Shown here in pieces: positions 53,620 through 64,000 of a stretch of DNA of 64,000 nt (positions are counted from its first letter, which is position 1; each line of letters opens with the position of its first letter). The notes beneath the pieces were generated by a model. That model was not told the DNA's origin and did no database searches. It was given only the letters and a program-made list of their open reading frames with translations. Source of the stretch: Eledone cirrhosa (Eukaryota). The position numbers and the translations under genes were made by a program. The stretch lies in the NCBI GenBank assembly GCA_964016885.1, contig OZ024750.1:15934001-15998000 (forward strand). Direction: 5' to 3'.

Positions 53620-54545
53620 TCAACCTTTTCATTATTATATTTCTAATGAAAGATACTTCCTATGACTGTCAAATAATTTTGAAAATATTCAAGAACTTCG
53701 AAGGATTTAGTAATATAAATAACTTTCTCATTATTAAAATGGTGTTTGAAACATAACTAAACATAGGTTCTTACATAAAATTATGATAGAAGTTTTTTTT
53801 AGATAAATATAAACTCTTTAACCCTTTTATTACCATAATTCTAATGAAAGACTTCCTATGGTTTTCAAATAATTTTGAAAATATTCAAGCTGGTGTTTGA
53901 AGCATAACTAAACATAAGTTCTTACATAAAATTATGATGGAAGTTTTTTAAAATAAACATATACACTTTAACCCTTTTGCTAACAAACTGCCTAAAACTG
54001 CTTCTGGTTTTACAATATTAAGCTGTTTATTTATTCAAGAAGCTTTAAGTTATGTTCTGAAGACCAGCTGAATAATGAAAAAGGTACTTCTATTATTAAA
54101 TTTGTCCATATTCTTGATTATTTTCAAAATTATTTGAAAATCATAAGCATTGATTTTCATCAGAAATATGAAAATAAAAGGGTTAAGACAGACAGCTGTG
54201 TAACAACGTAGAACCAGGAGCAGCTTGGTATCAATAGGGTTAAACTGATAGATTTGTGAAAAATTATAGAAAACATCCTTTGCTGAAACCTTTTAACCCT
54301 TTTCTTACTATACTGCTAATGAAAGACCATGCCTATGATTTTTCAAATGATTTTGAAAATAATCAGGAATTTGGAAGTATTTGTAATATAACTTTCTCAT
54401 TAAGCTGATGTTTAGAACATAACTTAAAGGTTCTTTCATTATCATGGATAGATTTTCTTTTTAGATAAATATAAACACTAAGATAAACACATTCGTATTG
54501 TAGTACCAGGGGTAATTTCAGATGGGTTGGTATCAAATGCATTAA
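53620..54545. mobile_element. Cluster of older TTAA-type MITE family M2 copies
   Basis: Recurrent TTAACCCTTT..TACCATATTTCTAATGAAAGAC...GGTATCAAAAGGGTTAA consensus. Also at ~10445-10692, 26342-27013, 31256-31465, 38480-38745, 55107-55417, 56070-56440, 56800-57680, 61400-61595. Confidence 0.7.
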
Positions 54546-57500
54546 ACCAAATTAGAAACGGATAAAACCTATGAAGGCTTCTCAGAATTTATAGTCTTAG
54601 AATAAACATTTGTGAAAAGTGCAGGAATACTGGTACCCTATCTTCACGGAATGTTTTAAAATTACAGACATTGCTGAATTCTAGATAAAAAACATACATG
54701 TGATAACTCCTGCACATAGATAATAGCAGCAGATTTTGTCAGATCAACAGAGATTTGCTGCTTGTCTGATGATACATTACCAGATATTTTGATCATCATC
54801 ATCATCGTCATATGTCTGCAAATCCATGTTTGCATGATTGGTTGGATGGGTCTTTTCCAGCACAGCTTCATCCTATTCACTACAGTCCTTAGTTATCTCC
54901 TCTACGAAGTTCAGCATTTTGAGACCAGCTCTCACCACATCTCCCACAGTATTCCTCTACTGTAGCTTCCTTCTGCTGGGAATTCCTGGTACCCCTTCAC
55001 CTAACAACCATCATCCATATACATCATATGTCCTTATCAGTACAATTCCTCTTTTGCTCAGTTTTTCTCTCAACTCATCCATACTTTGTTGATCTAAATA
55101 GAACTATTAACCCTTTTATGACCACATTTTTAATGATATACTCACTATTTCATTTAATTAATGAAGAACATGGAGCATAACGTATGATTTTTATAACGAC
55201 AGAAGATTTAAATTTAAACAGAAATCTTTCAAAATGGGTGATTTTGTTTCATAGTACAAAAAATGGTTTTGGCAGGGTTAGTATCAAAAGGATTATAATT
55301 AATGAAGAAATGGGAGGGAACGGAAGATTTTAATTTAAACAGAAACCCTTTAAACTGGGTGGTTTTGTTTCATAGAAGCAGCAGTGTGTTTGGGCAGACT
55401 GGTATGAAAATGGTTAAAATACAACAATCATTTCATATGTCACTTGAATAGTCAACTAGTTCAAAATATCATCACCACCACCACCACCACCATGACCTCA
55501 CATGTCACTAGAATAGTCAACTAGTTCAAAACATCACCATCACCAACTCCCATGTCACTGGGGGTAGACTACTAGTTAAAAACATCATCATCACAACCAC
55601 TGTCATCACCATCATTACCACCACCACCACCACCATCATCTCACATGTCACTGGGGTAGTCTACTTGGTCAAAACGTCATCATCCCCCCCACTCCACCAC
55701 CACAATCATCATCACTGTTAACCACCACCACCACCACCACCACTGTTATCATCATCATCAGCAGCAGCCATTATCTGAATATTTCTCTCTCTATATGTCT
55801 TCAAGATATCTGACAGCCATTTTAATTATGAACTCTGAAGATCTACAGCTTGACCTCTAAATTCTTCAGTTTCTTCATAAACTAATTGTTTGTATGCATG
55901 TTAGTTATTTTGACGTCATCATTGATTAGTTAGTAATACAGCCACTAGACCTTCTCTTGGCCATTCAGTTGTCAAGTGAGAAATCCTGTAAAATATGGAT
56001 GGTAGTCAGAGAAACAACCATTTGTCCTTGTAGTCTCACTCTCTCTCTCTCTCTACACACACACACAATTACTTAACCTTTTCATATCAAAACACCCTTG
56101 AACCATCCCTGTTTTTAAAATGTTTGTATTTATCTACAAACCTTCCATCATAATTTTATGTGAGAAACTTTGTTAAATTATGTTCCAAACACCATCTTAA
56201 CTATATAATACCAAATTGCCTGAAACCATTGCTTGTTTTATGGTAGAGAAAAATGTTTATATTTGTTTCAAAACCTTCCATCATAATTTTATGCAAGAAA
56301 TTTTATGTTCCAAATACCAACTTAATAATGTGAAAATTATCTGTATTACTAAAACTCTCCAAATTCTCCATTATATAAAAATTATTTGAAAACCATAGGC
56401 AGTGTCTTTCATTAGAAATATGGTAACAAAAGAGCAACAAAATACTTTTGTCAAGCATTGAATAAACAGAATTGGTAGTTTAATATGCACAAAATCGATT
56501 TTTTTTTTCAACTAAAATAAAGCACTAAAAATATATATATTTTTTTAAATCAAACAATTACAACACAATAAAAATAATTGTATAAAAGTTTGAAAATGAC
56601 CTGACAGATTAGTTCCTTATTCAAGAGATACTGAGAATATCTCTTAAATAAAGGAAGTTACCATTTCCTCCCCAAAACCTTGAACTAATCATTGCTGTTT
56701 CCTTGACGCACAGACAGACAAGAACAGAAAGATATTTTTAAAATGGAGGAGAAAGAGAGAGAGGTTTCATGTACTCTATTTACTATAATACTGTCTGACA
56801 TAACCCTTTCAATACCATATTTCTAATAACATCATATACTGTATTCCAGTTAATTAATGAAGACTATAGAAGGATTTACTAATACTATTAATTATTTCAT
56901 CATGGCGGTAGATTGGTAGTATCGGTAGAGCATCAGACACCATGCTTTGCAGCACAGAGTTATGGCCCTTTATGTTCCGAGTTCAAATCCCACTGAGGTT
57001 AACTTTACCTTTCATCCTTACGGGGTCGATAAAATAAAGTAATACACTGGAATGATTGCTGGCCTAGTGCCGAAAGTAGCAGCAATTATTAATTATTTCA
57101 TCAAATATACTATTGTATTTTTATGGTAAAGGTTTTATCTCACATAATCACCAGTCTACGAGATTTTGATGATGTCATTGTTTATTTTAAGAACGATATC
57201 TTAACGTCTGTGTGAGTTGCTGCTTACAGTCAGTTTCAAAACGGGGGAAAAAAGTCTGGCCGGATACAGTCGGTTTAAATGCTAAAGGTTAAGATAGTCT
57301 TTGTAATAAAACAAAGGGTTTTTACATAAAATTATGTTGGAAGGTTTGATTTTAACCATTTCTAATGAAAGACACAGCCTATGATATTCAAATAATTTTG
57401 AAAATAAGAATTTGGAGTTATTTAGTAAAATAACTGTAACTCATTAGTAAGACATCATGTAGAACATAATATAATTTCTTACATAAAATTATGATGTAAG

Positions 57501-58929
57501 GACTTTAGATGAAAATAAAATAAACCGCTTCATATTATAGAATCAGTGGTGGTTTCAGGCAGTTTTTTTTTTTTTATATAAAATTATGTCAGACAATTTT
57601 AATTTAAATAGGAACCCTTTAAAATGGGTAGTTTTGTCTCATAGAATCAGAGGTGGTTTTGGCTGGGTTAGTATGAAATCCATATGAGCAAGACATATTT
57701 CACAAAACAGAGGCTAAACAATGAAGATATTGATGATAATGTGTGTGTGTGCATGTGCGTGTGTGTATATATATATATATTGGGGAATTCTTTTTCTATT
57801 AAACTCTAACTAGCAGAAAGTTTCATTTGTGATGAGGTGTAAACTAATCAATGTTTCCTTGACACACAGACAGCCAAGAATGAAAAGAAAGAACTGGCAG
57901 AGGTTTTATGTATTCTAGTCACTACTATGTGTTTGACATAAGATATTTTAGCAAACTGAAGCTATCAGAAGGTATAATTTATGATGATTTGCAACGAAAT
58001 GAATCCCATCCTATATCATTGCTTTTTCCCAATTCACAACACAAGTGTATATATATATATACATATATGTGTGTGTGTGTATAGATATATCTGAAGAGAA
58101 AGAGAGACAGACATAGAAAGGAGAGAGAGAAAGATATATAGCCGGAAGTTAGAGCAGAGCAATAATTTGATAATTAAGGCTAGATAGCATTATCATTTTT
58201 TACTTGAGGACTGACTCATTTGTTTCTCACAGACAAACAGGAACAATAATAACATAAATAGGAAACATACATACACATTTATATATACATGCATATATAT
58301 AGACACACACAAATATATAAATGTATCATCATCGTCATAGACGTTAATCGATGATGATGATGATGATCTATTGAACTAATCATCATCATTTAATGTCTAT
58401 TTTTCCATGCTTGCAAGGGTTAGACGAGTCACCCATGTCACAAGACAAGTCTGGCCAGCTGGCTGCATCATACCTTGCTCAGGCGGAACTGTATTTTGAC
58501 TGGGATTTTTACAGCTAGATGCCCTTCCTAACACCAACCACGTTTAGTGTGAAACTGGATGGCACCATGATGAGGAGGGTCTGGCTAGTTGACCGCGCCA
58601 TGCCTTGTTCACATCAGAACCCATAGTTTTTATGAGGGATGTCTGGCATGTGGGCTACACAAAGCCTTACTTATAGTGGAGCGCTGGGCGACACCGTTAC
58701 GAGGAGAGCCTGGCCAGTTGGCAACACCGGACCCCGCTCACATTGGAGCCGTAAATTGGGAGCTGGGTGGTTCCATTTTGTGTATGTCCTCTAACTTAGC
58801 AGTTTGATGAATAAAGAAAACTGTCACCATTACCATCAATGCCACCACCAGCAACACCACTGCCGGTACTATCACTACTGTTGTCTAGGATGGGTATTTA
58901 AAGGGAACACTATTGTACTGGGGAGGAAG

Positions 58930-59112
58930 GAAATGAGAAGGAGAAAAAGAGAAAGAAATAGAAAAAGAAGAAAAAGAAAAAGAAGAAAAAGAAGGAAAAG
59001 AAAAAGAAGAAAAAGAAAAAGGAAGAAAAAGAAGAAAAAGGAAGAAAAAGAAGAATAAGAAAGAAAGAAGAAAGAGGAAAAGAAAAAGAAAAAAAAAGAA
59101 GAAAGAAGAAGA
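58930..59112 (+). repeat. Polypurine (A/G) tract
   Basis: Almost pure A/G repeats (AAG/AAAAG). Confidence 0.9.
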
Positions 59113-59714
59113 GATAGTAAGTTTGTGTTGGTCAATGAACAAGAATCTGCCAACAATCTGGATATTGTTTGGTTTAACAGGAAATTGAGAAACACTCTCA
59201 GACATGAAAGAAAGACTTGCTTCTTCTTACTCTTATAATATTGGTATTTTCAACTTAATTACATAGACAAACACACACATGCACATACACACATATATAT
59301 ATATATATACACATACATATACATACATACACACATATATATGTATATATACATACACACATATATATGTATATATACATACATATACATACATACACAC
59401 ATATATATGTATATATACATACATATACATACATACATACATATATATATATGCATACACATATATACACACATATATACATACATATACATGCATACAT
59501 ACATATATACATACACACATATATATATACATACATATATATATATATATATACATACATATATATATATATACATACATACAGGACTGTTTTTGGCTTT
59601 TCTATGGCTGGATGCCCTTCCTAGCGCCAACTACATTTATAGTGTGCTGGGTGATTTTTGTTGTGACACTTACACGACCACTTTACAGTGTGGGCTGGAT
59701 ATTTTGTGGTACCA

Positions 59715-59746
<32 letters not shown>

Positions 59747-59910
59747 GAAATAAATCAATAAGTGGAACTGGGCTATGACGATGATGATATATAAATATAT
59801 ACGTGTGTATGTCTGTAATCAGCTATTACAGACCAATATGTTAAAGTTTTATACCAAGCCCTCCTCACAAGACATATACAGTTGTTCTTTGCATTACACT
59901 CACAGACAAA

Positions 59911-59944
<34 letters not shown>

Positions 59945-60711
59945 CACACACATACACACAATTATATATACATAGACACACACACACAATTATATATACA
60001 TACACACACACAATTATATATACAGACACACACAATTATATATACATACACACACACACAATTATATATATATACACACACACAATTGTATGTATATATA
60101 TATACACACACACAAAACTATTTATATATATAGGTGGCATATATATGTATATATGTGTGTGTGAAATCATCTATTAAATGCTAACAATAAACCCAGTCAG
60201 TCACCACACCACGCGGAAACCCTTCACAAGATATAATGTGTGGTTGTTCCAAACACTAAACAATATAGCACATGTTCTTGAAGAGATAGTAAGAATACAC
60301 CTTATCTCCCACTGAAACACACCATCATCAATGCTACTACCCCCTTCCGCTGCCTCTAACCCCCTTCACTAACTTCAGTTGAAGCCAACACAAATTGTTT
60401 TGAAATAATTTTTTAGAGAATTATACACACACACACAAATATATATAAATATATATAAACGATGGTGCAATATCTAAATAAGCTCCCGTCTAACCCATGC
60501 TAGTGTGGAAGATAGACGTTAAACAATGATGATGATTATATATATATTATATTTATTGCCCCATCGTTTACAAACCCAAACCACCAGTTCTACCCATAGG
60601 TAAACAGCCTAACATAAATGGTGTATATATATATATATATATATATATAAGAAAATGAGGGGTTTTTTTAAAATAAAAAAATAAAAAACAGATGTCCTAC
60701 ATGAGTGAAAG

Positions 60712-60984
60712 TATAAGGAAAAAAAATGAAATCGAAAATGCAACTGAAGTCTTTTTAAGAATATTTATTTGTTTCCTTTACCGGTTTCACAGTTCTTATG
60801 CTTTTCAAAAGTACAATTGAGATGGAGGGTTTGTGGTTTTTCTCGCATCTGATGAAAAACCACAAACCCTCCATCTCAATTCTACTTTTGAAAAGCATAA
60901 GAACTGTGAAACTGGTAAAGGAAACAAATAAATATTCTTAAAAAGACTCCAGTTACATTTTCGATTTCATCTTTTTTCCTTATA
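60712..60984. repeat. Long fold-back (~130-bp arms, ~11-nt loop) beside (TA)n; Penelope-like inverted end
   Basis: Arms read directly as near-perfect reverse complements; contain GAAAC(C/T)GGTA. Confidence 0.85.
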
Positions 60985-61154
60985 TATATATATATATATA
61001 TATGGCATGTGTAATGTCATTGCATCTGAGTTCAAATCCCGCCGAAGTTAACTTTGCCTTTCATCCTTACGTGGTTGATAAAATAAAGTACCAGTAATGT
61101 ACTGGAATAATTGCTGGCCTTGTGCCAAAAGTAGAAACAATTAAATAGTTTAAC

Positions 61155-61390
61155 AAAAGTAAGCTGAGAGAAGAATTCTGCATAAAAGTTGTAGTGTGCA
61201 AGAGAGAGAAGACAGCATTGGTATGGACATGTGAGACGTATGGATGGTGATAACTAAATAAAGAAATGCAGAGAAATCTCAGTGAATGGGACGGGGACCT
61301 GTGGAAGAGGTAGACCTAGGAAGACATGGGATGGAGAAGTGAAGAATGACCTTATGAAGCTGAATCTCATGACAAAGATGACAATGAATG
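61155..61390 (+). mobile_element. RTE LINE fragment
   Basis: WYGHVRRM and GTCGRGRPRKTW RTE C-terminal motifs. Confidence 0.75.
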
Positions 61391-61973
61391 GTTTCTTTGG
61401 AGTGTTCATATTTATTTACCTAAAAACCTTCCATCATAATTCTATGCAAGATTATTTAAGTTATATTCCAAACACTAGATTTATGATAAGAAATTTAGTT
61501 GTTACTAAGTCACTTCAAATTCTTCATTATTTTCAAATTTATGTGAAAGCCAAATGCAGCGTCTTTCATTAGAAATATGGTAATGAAAGGGTTAATGATG
61601 AATTTGGAAGGAGTTCTAAAATTGTTAATTATATCATTACTACAAATGTTGAATGTTTTTATTTATCATGGACCATTTTAATTAATTAATAAATAAACAA
61701 TTAAATATGTCATATGTCAGGCCTCATATCAAATATTGGTAAAAATCAATAATATTTAACTTAATTTTACAACACACCTCGATATTTCACGACACCAAGG
61801 AAACTTCTCATTTGAAATTTTCAAATAATTTTAACAATAATCAAGAATTTGGAGAGATTTAGTAATATATAACTAAGTTTCTTAATATTAGCTGGTGTTT
61901 CGAATGTAACCCGACAAAGGTTCCTAAACAAAACTATGGTTGAAGGTTTTTAAGATAAATACAAACATCTTAA

Positions 61974-62192
61974 CCCTTTAGCATTTAAACCGGCCGTATC
62001 CGGCCAGAATTCTCACCTATTTCTGTCCAAACTGACTGTAACTGGTTGTTCATACTGACGTTAAGGTATTGTTCTCAAAATAAATAACATAAAAATCTTG
62101 TAGATTCAATATTATGTGAGATAATTATGTGAGGTAAAACATTTACCACAAAAATACAATAGTACATATAGAGTAATGTAAATGCTGAAGGG
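61974..62192. mobile_element. TTAA-flanked MITE family M1
   Basis: TTAA|CCCTTTAGCATTTA ... TAAATGCTGAAGGG|TTAA. Confidence 0.85.
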
Positions 62193-62489
62193 TTAAAACA
62201 AACAGCGCTATAACATAGAATCAGATGCAGTTTCATCAGAAATATGATACAAAAAAGGCTAAGCACATTTAGATATATTCAAGGGTGACCTTCATTAATT
62301 TGATTCAATTGTATAAAAAGAACACGTCAGAGTAACACAGTACAGCACCAAAGTACCTATTCTGTTAACCCCCACCACTACAGTCACCATCAACTCTTTT
62401 GTCTAAGTCCTCAACTCTAGCACTTCAAATTGTGAACAACAGAGTTCTTAACAAGCTGTAGTCCCTCATAGATTGGAAAGGTCATTATG

Positions 62490-63420
62490 ACTGGGATGGT
62501 TTAGTACAGTGTGATTGTGATGGTTTAGTTCACTGTGATTGTGATGGTTTAGCTCACTGAGATGGTGATGGTTTAGCTCACTGAGATGGTGATGGTTTAG
62601 CTCACTGTGACTGTGATGGTTTAGCTCACTGTGACTGTGATGGTTTAGCTCACTGTGACTGTGATAGTTTAGCTCACTGTGACGGTTTAGCTCACTGACT
62701 GTGATGGTTTAGCTCACTGTGACTGTGATGGCTTAGTTCACTGTGCCTGTGATGGTTTAGCTCACTGTGACTGTGATGGTTTAGCTCACTGTGACTGTGA
62801 TGGCTTAGTTCACTGTGACTGTGATGGCTTAGTTCACTGTGCCTGTGATGGCTTAGTTCACTGTGCCTGTGATGGCTTAGTTCACTGTGCCTGTGATGGC
62901 TTAGTTCACTGTGACTGTGATGGTTTAGTTCACTGTGACTGTGATGGTTTAGCTCACTGTGACTATGATGGCTTAGCTCAGTGTGTCTGTGATGGCTTAG
63001 CTCAGTGTGTCTGTGATGGCTTAGTTCAGTGACTGTGATGGCTTAATTCAGTGTGATTGTTATAGCTTAGTTCAGTGTGATTGTGATGGCTAAGTTCAGT
63101 GTGATTGTGATGGTTTAGAACTGTGCGATTGTGATGGTTTAGTTCACTGTGTGATTGTGATGGTTTAGTTCACTGTGATTGTGATGGTTTAGTTCACTGT
63201 GATTGTGATGGTTTAGTTCATTGTGATTGTGATGGTTTAGTTCATTGTGATTGTGATGGTTTAGTTCATTGTGATTGTGATGGTTTAGTTCATTGTGATT
63301 GTGATGGTTTAGTTCATTGTGATTGTGATGGTTTAGTTTGGTGTGATTGTTACAGCTTAGTTCAGTGACTGTGATGGCTTAGATCAGTGTGATTGTAATG
63401 GCTTATTTCACTGTGATGGT
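62490..63420. repeat. 24-bp minisatellite (gtgatggtttagctcactgtgact), ~38 units
   Basis: Direct reading; variants are arranged in gradients along the array. Confidence 0.95.
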
Positions 63421-64000
63421 TAATTCTAATGAGACATGATCAATACTAAATACCCTAGAATTCCTGGCAATTATGTGATTAACTTATTTTGGCAGCAGAA
63501 ATTCTTTATTTCACAGAGAATTTATACTGGATTTTTGGCAATAAACTGCAATTTACCTCTCACACCTCTCTCTCTCTATCTATCACATATACACACTCAC
63601 TCTTTCACTCAGACCTCTCTATTACTCCCTCCCTCTCTATCACACATACAGACTCTCCTTTCCACAGCCACCCCCTCTCTCAACCATACACACACACTTT
63701 CACGCCCATCTCTCTCTCTCTCTCTTCCTTTCTATCACAATACAGACTCCCTTTCACACCCACCTTCTCTCTCTTTCACACCCTCCTCCCTCTCTATCAT
63801 AAAATAAATACTCTCCCTGAGACACCAAACCCCTCTCTCTCTCTTTCACAAACAAACACTCACTCCCACTTTCCTACACATACATAAACACACACACACA
63901 CACATATATAAACAGAGTCTCTCCCTCTCACATTCACCATTCTATGTATATAGGAAGTGTTACAGCCGCACATTCACAACCACATAACCACCATCACCCT

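Noticed and set aside
55436-55680. Four ~30-bp repeats (catgtcact.g..tag.c.actagtt.aaaa) separated by variable spacers, CRISPR-like
   Set aside because: Spacers are (CAC/CAT)n microsatellite, repeats are divergent, the context is eukaryotic and there are no cas genes.
47250-64000. Search for PDE3 N-terminal transmembrane/RRTSLP exons
   Set aside because: No convincing coding exon found; they probably lie beyond the window end.

Overview
AT-rich, microsatellite- and transposon-dense animal genomic DNA. The repeat landscape (tRNA-SINEs, RTE LINEs with (GAT)n tails, huge (TA)n/(CAT)n load) suggests a coleoid cephalopod such as Octopus; this is an inference. Two convergent genes are present. (1) 1-2928 (+): the large terminal exon of a disordered nuclear protein with SUMO motifs, two I-x-x-V-x-S-L motifs, a PxVxL and a C-terminal coiled coil resembling that of vertebrate LRIF1. 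(2) 43150-17861 (-): twelve phase-consistent GT-AG exons (2745 nt, 914 codons + stop) of a PDE3 cGMP-inhibited cAMP phosphodiesterase. Its transmembrane N-terminal exon is not found in the window, but a candidate exon at 46868-46851 would give an MGNCIQ-SST... lipidation-type N-terminus. Introns and intergenic DNA hold two or more SINE families, RTE/R4/Tx1-type LINE fragments, TTAA-flanked MITEs, non-autonomous Helitrons and minisatellites. They also hold at least 8 fold-back elements, most next to (TA)n, several with hammerhead-ribozyme-like cores (Penelope/retrozyme-like). No rRNA, true tRNA or CRISPR is supported.
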